Positions 1-10,555 of a DNA stretch of 64,000 bases are shown here, in pieces (within the stretch, counting starts at the first letter, position 1; the number at the start of each line of letters is the position of its first letter). The notes beneath the pieces were generated by a model. That model worked only from the letters and a program-made list of their open reading frames with translations, did not search any database and had not been told where the DNA came from. Made by a program: the position numbers and the translations under genes. This stretch comes from an uncultured Clostridia bacterium (GTDB taxonomy: Bacteria > Bacillota > Clostridia > TANB77 > CAG-508), in assembly GCA_934141445.1 (NCBI GenBank), contig CAKPCF010000003.1, positions 34,196 to 98,195 of the forward strand, written 5' to 3'.

Positions 1-519
1 ATTATTTTCTATAAATTTTTGTCTAACCCAATTATCTAAATCGCTTTGTTTTTGAAATGTGAGGATTTTCGCTTTATTACTTTTATCCAATATATCTACT
101 ATATATTTTCTTCTCTCATTATTATATGTAAATACATACCAAATAAAACTCATATCCAATTTAGGAATTTCAAATTTTTTCTTTCCCAAATGCTTTATTC
201 TTCTTCCAAAAATTCCTTTAAGTTGTGTTGTTCTAGGATAATCAAGAAAAATAACTACATCTGCTTTTGAGACTCTTTCCTCAAGTGTATCAATAAAAGT
301 ACCATCTAAAATCCATTTTTCTTTTTGACTTTCCTCTATGATTATTTTATTTCTTTCTTCTGTATCTCTTAAAACCCAATTATCTTTATAGTGAATATTA
401 TCCAAATGTAAAATTGGTAATTCATATATTTTTCCCAAATTTTTCGCAAGTGTTGTTTTACCTGTTCCAGGTGCTCCAACAATTGCAATTCTATTTATGT
501 TATTTAAGCTTCTTTTCAT
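1..519 (-). CDS. P-loop NTPase, adenylate-kinase-like (topology-modulation/FlaR-like family); C-terminal end runs off the window
   Basis: Own translation of the minus strand from ATG (complement of 517-519): MKRSLNNINRIAIVGAPGTGKTTLAKNLGKIYELPILHLD... Walker A is GAPGTGKTT. The frame stays open to position 1. AAGGA Shine-Dalgarno lies about 8 nt upstream. Absent from the ORF track because no stop lies in the window. Confidence 0.75.
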   Translation of the reverse strand, partial: MKRSLNNINRIAIVGAPGTGKTTLAKNLGKIYELPILHLDNIHYKDNWVLRDTEERNKIIIEESQKEKWILDGTFIDTLEERVSKADVVIFLDYPRTTQLKGIFGRRIKHLGKKKFEIPKLDMSFIWYVFTYNNERRKYIVDILDKSNKAKILTFQKQSDLDNWVRQKFIENN

Positions 520-535
520 CTAGTTTATCCTTAAT

Positions 536-919
536 CTATTTATTTTTACAGTCTTTACATATACCAGATATAGTAAAATTTTCCAAATCACATTCTACAC
601 CAGTTTGATTATATATACCATCTTTTAATTCTTCAAAATCAAACGGATAAACAAAATCAAATACTTTGCCACATTGTAGGCAAATTGCATGATTATGTTT
701 TTTCCTTACTAAATCATATCTGTCTGGTCCTACTGGTGTTGCAATTTTCAATATTGCTTTTTTATTTACAAGTAAAGCCAAATTCCTATACACGGTACTT
801 CTACTAGAAGTAGACAATTTTTCTTTTAGCCTCATATAGATTTCTTCAGCTGTAGGGTGATCATAAGCATTTTCTAATACTTCAATAATTTCTTCTCTCT
901 GTTTAGAATAATTTTCCAT
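536..919 (-). CDS. Fur-family metalloregulator (Fur/Zur/PerR type)
   Basis: MENYSKQREEIIEVL... with a winged-helix N-terminus and HNHAICLQCGKV plus C-terminal CKDC cysteine pairs typical of the Fur family. Start chosen at the internal ATG (917-919) behind an AGGATGAG RBS; the track ORF extends to 946. Confidence 0.85.
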   Translation of the reverse strand: MENYSKQREEIIEVLENAYDHPTAEEIYMRLKEKLSTSSRSTVYRNLALLVNKKAILKIATPVGPDRYDLVRKKHNHAICLQCGKVFDFVYPFDFEELKDGIYNQTGVECDLENFTISGICKDCKNK

Positions 920-995
920 ATTTAATCTCATCCTTTCACAAGGCAATTTAATTAGAATCTATTTTAAATATGAAATATTATATCATAAAAAAATA

Positions 996-1691
996 TTATA
1001 TGCTATTTCTATACAAAAATTTTTTATGTGCATCCAAATAAAATTTATCTTTATAAATTCTTCCTTCTTCTGCGACAAATAAATCATCATACGAATATTC
1101 TTTCAAATATTCAGACAAATTTTTTTCTACTTTGTTTGGGTCAAATATAAATTCAGCCTTCCAATCTTTTGTATGTTCTTTTATTCCCTCTACTTTTTCA
1201 CAACTACATATATTCATTAAAAATTCTTTTTCTGTCATATATCCAGAGGTGATATCTTGAAGTTTAAATGGTGATGCTAATTCTTCTAATTCATTGCTTA
1301 CAGTAAAATAATTTTCTCTATTACATGATACTCTTAATATCGGTTCATTATTATTAGAATAGCAATAATGTTCTCTATCTAAATTAGATAAATTCTTAAA
1401 TATCTGAGAATTTTCATCACTTAATTTATCAAATACTATTTTAACTTCTTCCCCATCTATTATTGACTCTTTAGTAAAAATATTTTTATCCCATACTTCT
1501 TTGCATACTTTAACACAAGGCTCTTCAATATAATTTTCAAGTCCTTCTTTATATATTTCATGTATAGGCTTTGATTTTACTTTATACTTTTTATCTTCTT
1601 GTTTCGTATTTTCCATTTCTTCCATTAAAAGCATAAAAGTGCTTATAATATCTGTATCTAATGTAGCATTTAGAATTTCATCAAAATTCAT
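996..1691 (-). CDS. hypothetical cytoplasmic protein
   Basis: Long intact ORF with no motif I recognise. Start placed at MNFDEILN (ATG 1689-1691) behind an AGAGAGG RBS; the track ORF extends to 1724. Confidence 0.6.
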   Translation of the reverse strand: MNFDEILNATLDTDIISTFMLLMEEMENTKQEDKKYKVKSKPIHEIYKEGLENYIEEPCVKVCKEVWDKNIFTKESIIDGEEVKIVFDKLSDENSQIFKNLSNLDREHYCYSNNNEPILRVSCNRENYFTVSNELEELASPFKLQDITSGYMTEKEFLMNICSCEKVEGIKEHTKDWKAEFIFDPNKVEKNLSEYLKEYSYDDLFVAEEGRIYKDKFYLDAHKKFLYRNSI

Positions 1692-1819
1692 AATATACCG
1701 CCTCTCTTTTGTATTTAAAAACATTATATAGATAACTTTATTTTTTGTCTAGCATATAAAAAAAATTGAAGTAGAAAATTTTAAAATCTTCTACTTCAAG
1801 CATAATAATTTGTTCGTTT

Positions 1820-2578
1820 TTAATTTACTTTTTCTCTAGCCTTTACTATTACTCTTTGAGAACTATCATTTGTACAAGTGATTAAAGTAACTTCTTTTAA
1901 GCCATTTGTAAGTTGACTTGTACATTCTTTATTGTTTGGATCTACAACATATTTATCATATATTGTGTATGTAAGCTTTCTACCAGTTAAATCAGTGATA
2001 TAAATTTCATCGCCTTCTACTAGATTTATAACTTTACTAAAAAATTTATTATTTCTATAATTGTGTCCTACAACACAAAAATTACCGACTTCATTTGGTT
2101 CTGATCCCCAGAAATAGCAAGGTGATAATTTTAATAATTCATCTGTACATGTATTTAAAATTCCATATTCAAGATTTATTTTTGGTATTTCAATTTTTCC
2201 TATTGTCCAATATACTTGTCCACTTTCAGTTACTCTTGTATCTCTTGGTAATACTTCGTTTTTATGAATTTCTGTATCTTGTACTGGTTCTGTATAAATT
2301 ACTTCAAACGGGTCTTCTGAGTTTAAAATAACAACAGTTGAATTATCTGAAAATTTAATTGTTGTATCATCATTAACATTATCCGCAAATGTAAGACTCT
2401 CTAATATTTCTTGTGACTTTTCTTCATTCTTGTTTTTATCATACTCTGCATATATGTAATATGAAAATAAAATGCATATCAAAAAAACAGAAATAAAGAA
2501 ATCAATTTTATACATTCTTTTTTTCTTTTTTAATTCTGGTGTTATATATAATTTTTCAGCTATTAAAATTTGATTCAT
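1820..2578 (-). CDS. sortase-family transpeptidase
   Basis: N-terminal TM anchor, catalytic His context VVGHNYRNNKFF, TLITC Cys motif (KEVTLITCTND) and downstream Arg (RVIVKA), all in canonical sortase order. Confidence 0.85.
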   Translation of the reverse strand: MNQILIAEKLYITPELKKKKRMYKIDFFISVFLICILFSYYIYAEYDKNKNEEKSQEILESLTFADNVNDDTTIKFSDNSTVVILNSEDPFEVIYTEPVQDTEIHKNEVLPRDTRVTESGQVYWTIGKIEIPKINLEYGILNTCTDELLKLSPCYFWGSEPNEVGNFCVVGHNYRNNKFFSKVINLVEGDEIYITDLTGRKLTYTIYDKYVVDPNNKECTSQLTNGLKEVTLITCTNDSSQRVIVKAREKVN

Positions 2579-2660
2579 TTTTTCTCCCTCTATTACAATA
2601 CTACAGATATTATATCATTATATTATTTATAGTGCAATCAAAATTTTTTCCAAAATAATA

Positions 2661-3413
2661 TTAAATTTTTTTTTGCAATTTCTTATATTCATCTTGTAAT
2701 TTTGCTATTTCTTCATTAAGCTCGTCCTTTTTTCTTCTAACCAAATTATCATCTTCTAACATTGATAGCTCTGTAAATGGGAATGTATTTTTTATTTGTG
2801 TTATTTCTTCTTCAATGTTTTTATATAGTTTTTGATATCTTTCATATTCTTCCATAAGCTCGTCTATTTCTCCTTGTTGAACTATTTCAGAATCATCTAT
2901 CAAATCTACATATCTATCTAATAATCTTTCATTACCTTCTTTATATATTTTTTTTGCTTTATCATATAATTTTCTAGTTTGGTCAGATAAATCTGTATTT
3001 ATTATCGGATTCCAACTACGAACTAAAATTGAAAAACTAAAATTTAATTCATCGATATATTTATCTGACATTTGCTCTTTTTGACTATTATTTATTGCTT
3101 CATCAATGTCTTTAAACAAACTTCTTTCTTTTTCAGTAGCTTCTTCAAATTCTTGTTTTATTATTTCTTCAATTTGCTTTTCTTCAATCTTATCAGCTCG
3201 TAATTCTAATTTTCTTTTTGCTTTTTTTATATTATTTTCTAAAAGCATTTTTTTGTACTCTAAAGAACCTATTCGTAACATATATTCAGTTTTTATATCT
3301 TCAGTAGCAAATACTTTTAAATATTCTCTTTCTACAAATTTATCTGTCAATCTATCTTTTATTGTATTTACTTGATACAATGCAATGACATAATCTGGGT
3401 TTAAAAAGATCAT
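2661..3413 (-). CDS. hypothetical K/E-rich coiled-coil protein
   Basis: 250-aa ORF. Its ATG overlaps the dapL stop by 4 nt (ATGA at 3410-3413), suggesting co-translation with dapL. No recognisable catalytic motif. Confidence 0.6.
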   Translation of the reverse strand: MIFLNPDYVIALYQVNTIKDRLTDKFVEREYLKVFATEDIKTEYMLRIGSLEYKKMLLENNIKKAKRKLELRADKIEEKQIEEIIKQEFEEATEKERSLFKDIDEAINNSQKEQMSDKYIDELNFSFSILVRSWNPIINTDLSDQTRKLYDKAKKIYKEGNERLLDRYVDLIDDSEIVQQGEIDELMEEYERYQKLYKNIEEEITQIKNTFPFTELSMLEDDNLVRRKKDELNEEIAKLQDEYKKLQKKI

Positions 3414-4642
3414 TTTTGCTCCTTTATTCTATTTATTGCTTCAATTGTATTCTCCTTTGTTCCAAAAGCAGTTAATCTAAAATATCCTTCTCCACTTGGT
3501 CCAAATCCTACACCTGGTGTTCCAACAACATTTACTTCAGATAATAACTTATCAAAAAATTCCCAAGATGTTAATCCTTCTGGAACTTTTAGCCAAATAT
3601 ATGGTGCATTTTTTCCACCAAATACTGTAAATCCAGCTTCTGTTAATCCTTCTCTAATTATTCTAGCATTTTCCATATAATATGCTATATTCTCTTTGAT
3701 TTCTTTTTGTCCTTCTACTGAATAAACAGCTTCTGCACCTTTTTGTACTATATAAGAAACTCCGTTAAATTTTGTGCATTGTCTTCTATTCCAAAGTTTA
3801 TTAAGTTCAACTTTTTCACCATTTTTAGTATATCCATAAACACTTTTTGGAACAACAGCATAAGCGCATCTTACACCTGTAAAACCAGCTGTTTTAGAAA
3901 AACTTCTAAATTCTATAGCAACATCTTTTGCACCATCTATTTCATAAATTGTGTGTGGTACATCAGCTTCTGAAATAAATGCTTCATAAGCTGAATCATA
4001 TAGAATAATTGCTGAATTTTCTTTTGCATAATTTACCCATTTTTCTAATTCTTTCTTTGTTAAAGTTGTTCCTGTTGGGTTATTTGGAAAACATAAATAA
4101 ATAATGTCTACTTTTTCTTTTGGAAGCTCTGGTATAAAGTTATTTTCAGCAGTTGCCGGCATATATACTATATTTTCATATTTTCCTGTTTCTTTATTGT
4201 ATTTTCCACTTCTTCCAGACATAACATTTGTATCCAAATAAACTGGATACACTGGGTCTGTTATCGCAATTTTATTATCTATTCCAAAAATATCTACAAT
4301 ATTTCCACAATCACATTTTGCACCATCAGATACAAATATCTCATCAATGTTTATATCAACACCTCTTGATTTATAATCATTTTCTGCAATTGCTTTTCTT
4401 AAAAATTCATATCCTTGTTCTGGTCCATATCCTTTAAAAGTGTTGATATCTGCCATTTCATCAACAGCTTTATGCATTGCATCAGCAACTGCTGGAACTA
4501 TTGGTCTTGTAACATCTCCTATTCCTAATTTAATAATTTTTTTATCAGGATTTTTTGCACTATATTCACTAACTTTTTTAGCTACTGTTGAAAATAAATA
4601 GCTATCTTGTAAATTTAAAAAATTTTCATTTGCATTTATCAT
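3410..4642 (-). CDS. dapL: LL-diaminopimelate aminotransferase
   Basis: 410 aa. N-terminus [24 protein letters not shown]...[12 protein letters not shown] and the fold-type I aminotransferase Lys context [10 protein letters not shown] match the DapL family as I remember it. Confidence 0.9.
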   Translation of the reverse strand: MINANENFLNLQDSYLFSTVAKKVSEYSAKNPDKKIIKLGIGDVTRPIVPAVADAMHKAVDEMADINTFKGYGPEQGYEFLRKAIAENDYKSRGVDINIDEIFVSDGAKCDCGNIVDIFGIDNKIAITDPVYPVYLDTNVMSGRSGKYNKETGKYENIVYMPATAENNFIPELPKEKVDIIYLCFPNNPTGTTLTKKELEKWVNYAKENSAIILYDSAYEAFISEADVPHTIYEIDGAKDVAIEFRSFSKTAGFTGVRCAYAVVPKSVYGYTKNGEKVELNKLWNRRQCTKFNGVSYIVQKGAEAVYSVEGQKEIKENIAYYMENARIIREGLTEAGFTVFGGKNAPYIWLKVPEGLTSWEFFDKLLSEVNVVGTPGVGFGPSGEGYFRLTAFGTKENTIEAINRIKEQK

Positions 4643-4677
4643 AAAATTTTATTCCTTTCAAACTTTCTTCTAGCATA

Positions 4678-6183
4678 TTATTCAACTGGTTTTCTTTCTC
4701 CAGAAGCAATCATTTCTTCTATTAAATCATGAATGACTTCTCTTTCATTATATGGATATTTTACACCATTTCTTTCCAAATATAAGTCATGTCCAAGACC
4801 AGGTATTACAATTATATCTCCTGGTTTCGCTATTGAAATAGCATATCTAATTCCTTCTGTTCTATCTACTATAATTTTATATGGTTTGCCTGTTGGAATA
4901 ATACCTTTTTCTATTTCTTTTAGAATTTTTAAAGGGTCTTCTGTTCTAACTTGGTCTGACATTAGAACTGTAAAATCTGCTAATCTACCTGATATTTCTC
5001 CCATAATTGGTCTTTTAGCAGCATCTCTGTCTCCTCCAACACCCCATGCACAAATAATTTTTCCTTTTGCATAAGATTTTACAGCAGTTAAAATGCTCTC
5101 TAAACTTGATGGTGTATGTGCATAGTCAATCATAATTGTAAGTCCTAATTTATTAGGAACAAGTTCGCTTCTTCCTAATACTTTTAAATCTTTTAGAGCT
5201 TTTCTAATTTCTTCTGCAGTTACATCAAAGTAAGAACATACTGCTATTGCACCAGTTGCATTATAGATACTAAATCTACCTGGTATACAAGCTTCGATTC
5301 TTTCTTCTTTTCCTTTATACATCACAGAAAAATCGATATACGAATCTGTTATAACAACATTGCTTGGATTTACTTTAAAATCTGCCATTTCGTCAATAGC
5401 AAATGTTTTTATATCTTTATCTGGTAAAATTTCTTTAATAGTTTTTACTTTTTTATCATCATTATTTATTACTGCATGCTTTGCTAATCTTAATAATTTT
5501 AGTTTACAATTAAAATAATCTTCCATACTAGGATGTTCTTTTGGGCTTATATGGTCCTCTGATAAATTTGTAAATAAAGCAACATCAAAGTCACAACCTT
5601 CTACTCTACTTAATTTCATTGCTTGTGATGATACTTCAATTACAGCAACATCAACTTTTCTATCTACCATCAAGCTTAAATATTTTTGAATATCAATGCT
5701 TTCTGGTGTTGTTCTATCTGTATCTTCTATTTTTTCTTCATTGATATAAACAGCAATACTACCAATTAAACCTACATTTAAGCCATGAGCTTCTAAAATA
5801 GATTTAATCATAAATGTAGATGTTGTTTTTCCTTTCGTTCCTGTAACTCCAATTAGTTTTAATTTTTTTGAAGGATTGTCATAAAAATTGCAAGCAACTT
5901 TTGCCAAAGCTTTTCTTGTGTCTTCAACTGAAATTATTGGCATTTCATATTTTTTATTTAATACTTGAACATCTTCATCTTTTTCTACTACAATAGCCTT
6001 TGCACCTTTTTCAATAGCATTTTCAATAAATTCAATACCATTTTTAGAAAAGCCATTTATAGCGAAAAAAAGACCTCCTTCTTTAATTTTTCTTGAATCT
6101 GAATGTATATTTGTTATATCTAAATTTAGATCACCAACACTTTTTATTACTCCAGCTTCTTGAATTAAATTTTTTAGTAACAT
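4678..6183 (-). CDS. murE: UDP-N-acetylmuramoyl-L-alanyl-D-glutamate--2,6-diaminopimelate ligase
   Basis: Mur ligase P-loop GVTGTKGKTT. The DNPR-like region is not checked. The C-terminal GVGGDRD block is typical of MurE. Start set at ATG 6181-6183, 7 nt after a GGAGG RBS (track ORF extends to 6219). Confidence 0.9.
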   Translation of the reverse strand: MLLKNLIQEAGVIKSVGDLNLDITNIHSDSRKIKEGGLFFAINGFSKNGIEFIENAIEKGAKAIVVEKDEDVQVLNKKYEMPIISVEDTRKALAKVACNFYDNPSKKLKLIGVTGTKGKTTSTFMIKSILEAHGLNVGLIGSIAVYINEEKIEDTDRTTPESIDIQKYLSLMVDRKVDVAVIEVSSQAMKLSRVEGCDFDVALFTNLSEDHISPKEHPSMEDYFNCKLKLLRLAKHAVINNDDKKVKTIKEILPDKDIKTFAIDEMADFKVNPSNVVITDSYIDFSVMYKGKEERIEACIPGRFSIYNATGAIAVCSYFDVTAEEIRKALKDLKVLGRSELVPNKLGLTIMIDYAHTPSSLESILTAVKSYAKGKIICAWGVGGDRDAAKRPIMGEISGRLADFTVLMSDQVRTEDPLKILKEIEKGIIPTGKPYKIIVDRTEGIRYAISIAKPGDIIVIPGLGHDLYLERNGVKYPYNEREVIHDLIEEMIASGERKPVE

Positions 6184-6237
6184 AGTCATCCCTCCATTCG
6201 CAAGATTTCTATGCCCCAAATTATATATCTATTTTTA

Positions 6238-7089
6238 CTATTTGTAAATCATTTTTCCATCGAATACAAAATAACTATCTCCTATAAGTTTCACTCTATT
6301 TTCATTTTCAAAATATATTATTTTCAAATTTCCTCCTGGTAATTCCACAGTTAATTCACTATTTGTGAATTTCTTTAAATACGAAACAACCGTTGCCGCA
6401 CAAGCGCCTGTGCCACAGCCTAAAGTTTCACCAACTCCTCTTTCCCAAACTCTCATTTTTATTCTTTTATTATCCATTATTTGTACAAATTCAACATTTG
6501 TCTTATTGGGAAAATACTTATAATCCTCAATCAGCTTTCCAACTTCACTTATATTTAATTTTTCTATATTATCCAAAAAGCATACTGCATGTGGATTTCC
6601 CATTGAAATCGGATAAACTTTATACATTATATCTGAATAATGAATTTCTAAATATTCTAATTCTTTTTTTACTATATTAGGAAAAATTACTGGAATTTTA
6701 CAATATTCAAAAATTGGTTCTCCCATATCTACTTTAACACCAATAACAGTTTTATTCTCTATTATAAGCTCAATGTTCTTTATCCCTGCTTTGGTTTCAA
6801 TTGTCATCTTATCTTTTCTTACAATATCTTTTTCATACAAATATTTTGCCATACATCTTATTCCATTGCCACACATCTCTGCTTCTGTTCCATCTTGATT
6901 AAATATTCTCATTTTGCTATCTGCTATTTTGCTACTTTCAATAAAAATTACTCCATCAGCTCCAATTCCAAATTTTCTATTACACAAATATTCAGTTAGT
7001 TTAGAATATGTAAAATCAAATTTTTGACTATTTTTATCTATAATTATAAAGTCATTTCCAGTACCTTGCATTTTTGTAAAAAAAATCAT
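6238..7089 (-). CDS. dapF: diaminopimelate epimerase
   Basis: 283 aa. FTKMQGTGNDFIIID N-terminus and two catalytic Cys contexts (EMCGNGIRC, LGCGTGACA) are diagnostic of DapF. Confidence 0.92.
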   Translation of the reverse strand: MIFFTKMQGTGNDFIIIDKNSQKFDFTYSKLTEYLCNRKFGIGADGVIFIESSKIADSKMRIFNQDGTEAEMCGNGIRCMAKYLYEKDIVRKDKMTIETKAGIKNIELIIENKTVIGVKVDMGEPIFEYCKIPVIFPNIVKKELEYLEIHYSDIMYKVYPISMGNPHAVCFLDNIEKLNISEVGKLIEDYKYFPNKTNVEFVQIMDNKRIKMRVWERGVGETLGCGTGACAATVVSYLKKFTNSELTVELPGGNLKIIYFENENRVKLIGDSYFVFDGKMIYK

Positions 7090-7147
7090 ATACCTACCAC
7101 CTTTCAGTTTCAGTATATGATTGATATTTATAAAAAATTCAATTTAA

Positions 7148-9394
7148 TTATTGACCATCTTTTAGTTGCTCTTTAATTACAACATTTACAACAGAACCTT
7201 CTTCTACTTCAACATCAAATGTTGGATCTTGTGAAACAACAATTCCATTAGTACCTTCTACTTTTATGTTTAAATTTTTACTTTTTAAAATATTAGTTGC
7301 TTCTTCTACTGTTTTTCCTTTTATATTTGGAACTGTAGTCTTGCCCTTTTCTGAACTATCAGCAGTATACAAATAAATTGTAGAACCTTCTTCTAGATAA
7401 ATTCCAGATTTTGGAACTTGCTCTTTTACAACAGTTGTATCTTCATCTATATTTGAAGGGACACTAACTTTAAATCCTGATTCTTTTAAAATTTTCTTTG
7501 CCTCTGTAATAGTTTTATCTGTAACATCTTGTACAGCTATTGAGCTACTAGTTGTTTCAACTGTTGAATCTGTTGTAGGTATTCCTAAATATGGTAGTAC
7601 TTCTGACATAATCTGTGAAGCTACTGGTCCTGCTGTTTGTCCACCTTGATGTCCTGCTGCACCTTCTGGTTTATATAAAATTACTAAACACACCACCTGT
7701 GTATTTTCAATTGGAGAAATTGCTATAAATGATGCTGTATATCCTTCTTCATCCTTTTTGGCTGCAATTGGTTCTGATGTACCACTCTTGCCACCAATTT
7801 GATATCCATCAACTTTGGCCCATTTTCCTGTTCCACTTTCAACTACAGATAACATCATATCCTTTACTTTATCTGCTGTATCTTTTGAAACAACTTGCCT
7901 TATTTCTTGTGTTTCTACATTATCTATGCTTTTTGTGTCAGTATTCTCTACTTGTTTTACAATTCTTGGTTGCACAAGTATACCATTATTACAAATAGCA
8001 GAAACTGCTGTAATTAACTGAAGTGGTGAAATTGAAAATCTCTGCCCAAAAGACATTGTAGCAAGTTCTACTGCACCTACTTTATTTAAATCATAAAATT
8101 GTGGTTTAGATACAGATGCTATATCACTTCCAATTGAAGTTCCAAATAAACCAAAAGCTTCATAATATTTATATGATGTTCTAGCACCAATTCTTGCACC
8201 AAGCTGCATAAAAGCTGGGTTACAAGAATTTTTTAGTGCATCTCTTAAAGACTGTGCACCATGAGCTGCATATGTTCTCCAACAACTGATTGGTTGATCT
8301 GGGGCTGGATAATATACAATGTTGCAGGTAAAATCATTAGCTGTATCAGTTGAGACTTTTCCTTCCTCTAATCCTATAGCTGATGTTATAAGTTTAAAAG
8401 TTGAACCTGGTTCATACAAATCTGAAACAGCTTTATTTCTCCATAATTTAAATAAAGCATTAGTTTTTTCTTGAGACGAAATAGTATTCCAAGTATCAGC
8501 CAAACCTGTTGCTTCTGCATCTCGTGGTGAATTTAAGTTATAATCTGGGTTTGAAGCCATTGCTAAAATATCACCACTTTGTGGATTCATTATAATAACA
8601 GTTCCACCTTTTTTACATTCATTTTCTGCAACAGCCTGTGATAAATATTTTTCAGCAATTTTCTGTATATTGATATCAATTGTTAAATAAATATTACTTC
8701 CATTTTCAGCAGCAACGTATTGTTCATTTTCATCAGATATAGCTTTTCCATCAGTATCTATTGCTGTTACAATTTTTCCTGCCGTTCCTGTTAATACATC
8801 ATTCCATTTTTCCTCTAATCCTGCTAATCCTGTATTATCATCCCCACAGAATCCTAGTAAATTAGAAGCAATATTATTATTTGGATAATATCTTTTGGTA
8901 TCTTCATCTATATTTATTCCTGTTGAAATCTTATTTTCAGTCATCCATTCTTGCAATTTTGTAACTTTTTCTTTTTCTACTTTTTTAGCAATAATTTCAA
9001 CACTTTTCTTACTTTGAGTTTTTTCTAAAGCCTCTTCATAAGTTAAATCAAAAATTTCGCTTAATACTTGTGCTAATTTTTCTGGTTCTACTGATGTATT
9101 ATTAGTATATTTTACAAGTGTAGGATTTATAGATACTGTATCAACTGAAACACTTTGTGCTAATACTGCACCCTTAGAATCATATATTGTTCCTCTCTTT
9201 GGACTTATTATTTTGTTTTTCATTTGTTGATTATAGGCTATTTTGCTATATTCTTCACCTTTTACCAAATTTACGAATAATAAACTGCCCGTAACAGCAA
9301 CCAATCCCAATGTAGCAACTACACCAGCCACTGCTAATCTTTTATTCATTTTATCTCTATCATTTGATTTTTTAGATTTTATATTAGTCACCAC
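7148..9394 (-). CDS. class B penicillin-binding protein with C-terminal PASTA domains (SpoVD/PBP2B-like)
   Basis: N-terminal TM. Transpeptidase motifs STFK (EPGSTFKLIT), SCN (KNSCNPAF) and KSGT (GGKSGTSE). Two or three PASTA-like repeats lie at the C-terminus. The start overlaps the rsmA stop by 7 nt. Confidence 0.9.
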   Translation of the reverse strand: MVTNIKSKKSNDRDKMNKRLAVAGVVATLGLVAVTGSLLFVNLVKGEEYSKIAYNQQMKNKIISPKRGTIYDSKGAVLAQSVSVDTVSINPTLVKYTNNTSVEPEKLAQVLSEIFDLTYEEALEKTQSKKSVEIIAKKVEKEKVTKLQEWMTENKISTGINIDEDTKRYYPNNNIASNLLGFCGDDNTGLAGLEEKWNDVLTGTAGKIVTAIDTDGKAISDENEQYVAAENGSNIYLTIDINIQKIAEKYLSQAVAENECKKGGTVIIMNPQSGDILAMASNPDYNLNSPRDAEATGLADTWNTISSQEKTNALFKLWRNKAVSDLYEPGSTFKLITSAIGLEEGKVSTDTANDFTCNIVYYPAPDQPISCWRTYAAHGAQSLRDALKNSCNPAFMQLGARIGARTSYKYYEAFGLFGTSIGSDIASVSKPQFYDLNKVGAVELATMSFGQRFSISPLQLITAVSAICNNGILVQPRIVKQVENTDTKSIDNVETQEIRQVVSKDTADKVKDMMLSVVESGTGKWAKVDGYQIGGKSGTSEPIAAKKDEEGYTASFIAISPIENTQVVCLVILYKPEGAAGHQGGQTAGPVASQIMSEVLPYLGIPTTDSTVETTSSSIAVQDVTDKTITEAKKILKESGFKVSVPSNIDEDTTVVKEQVPKSGIYLEEGSTIYLYTADSSEKGKTTVPNIKGKTVEEATNILKSKNLNIKVEGTNGIVVSQDPTFDVEVEEGSVVNVVIKEQLKDGQ

Positions 9395-10260
9395 TTTCTT
9401 TTGTTTTCTTCAACATAATCTGCTATTTTTGCAAAATCTTCTATGCTTAATTTTTCTCCTCTTATTTGTGTATCAAATCCCAATTTTTCTAACATGTTAA
9501 TCACTTCTTGCTTTGAAGAAAATATACTTCCATTACTTAAGCCATTAACTAAAGTTTTTCTTTTTTGCATAAAACTAAGTTTTATTATTTCAAAAAATAA
9601 TTTTTCATTTGCAACATTTACTCTTGGTTCTTTTAATATACTTAATTTTATAACTGCAGAATCTACTTCTGGGCTTGGTATAAAACTAGTTCTTGGTACA
9701 TTTAAAACAATTTCTGGTTCTGTATAATAATATATTCCATAAGTTATTGCTCCACTTTCCTTTTTTCCTGGTGTTTGCGCTAGTCTTATTGCAACTTCTT
9801 TTTGTACCATAACAGTAATACTTGTCAAGTTTAATCTTTCTTCTAATAATTTCATTATTATCGGTGTTGTTATGTAATATGGTAAATTTGCAACAACCTT
9901 TGCATTTTTTAAATTATAATTTTGTAAATTTTCTGAAATTAAATTCTCCAAATCTACTTTTAAAACATCATCATATATTACTTCAAAATTTTTATATAAT
10001 GAGAATCTCTCTGTAATTATTTTTACCATTCTTTTATCTAGTTCAATGCAAATAACTCGTCCAGCTTTTTCTAAAAGTTTACTAGTTAAAGTACCTAGAC
10101 CAGGTCCTATTTCTATAATTAGGTCCTCTGAAGATACTTCTGCATTCTCAACAATTCCATCAACAATCTCTTCATCAATTAAGAAATTTTGACCTAAACT
10201 TTTACTTGCTGTAATATTATATTTGTTCATTATAAATTTTGTTTCATTCAATAAATTCAT
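9388..10260 (-). CDS. rsmA: 16S rRNA (adenine1518/1519-N6)-dimethyltransferase
   Basis: KSLGQNFLIDE... and the SAM-binding IEIGPGLGTLT motif; length 290 aa, typical of KsgA/RsmA. Confidence 0.92.
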   Translation of the reverse strand: MNLLNETKFIMNKYNITASKSLGQNFLIDEEIVDGIVENAEVSSEDLIIEIGPGLGTLTSKLLEKAGRVICIELDKRMVKIITERFSLYKNFEVIYDDVLKVDLENLISENLQNYNLKNAKVVANLPYYITTPIIMKLLEERLNLTSITVMVQKEVAIRLAQTPGKKESGAITYGIYYYTEPEIVLNVPRTSFIPSPEVDSAVIKLSILKEPRVNVANEKLFFEIIKLSFMQKRKTLVNGLSNGSIFSSKQEVINMLEKLGFDTQIRGEKLSIEDFAKIADYVEENKRKW

Positions 10261-10271
10261 ATTTTATATTC

Positions 10272-10526
10272 CTATGCTTCTTTATTTTTAATTTTTTCTA
10301 AAGCCCTTGCTAGTTGATCTGGGCAAGAAGTTCCTTTATCTCTACAAGGTATCCCTTTTAATTTGCTAATTGCCTCATCAATATTCATTCCTTTTACAAG
10401 ATGAGAAACTCCAACTGTATTTCCTGGACAGCCTCCAACAATTTCTACTGATTTAATTATATCACCGTCCATATCGATAATCATTTCTCTAGAACAAACT
10501 CCTTCTGGTTCATATCTATATTCCAT
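10272..10526 (-). CDS. TSCPD-domain small protein (TIGR03905-like)
   Basis: 84 aa containing GGCPGN and GTSCPDQLARAL, the signature of the TSCPD-domain family. Confidence 0.8.
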   Translation of the reverse strand: MEYRYEPEGVCSREMIIDMDGDIIKSVEIVGGCPGNTVGVSHLVKGMNIDEAISKLKGIPCRDKGTSCPDQLARALEKIKNKEA

Positions 10527-10555
10527 ATTTTATTTCATTCCTTTCTGTATTTTAA

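Noticed and set aside
920-995. A possible Fur/PerR box in the AT-rich region upstream of the Fur-family gene.
   Set aside because: Only loose partial matches to the inverted-repeat consensus are present (e.g. aatttaattagaatctatttt). These are indistinguishable from background in this AT-rich DNA.
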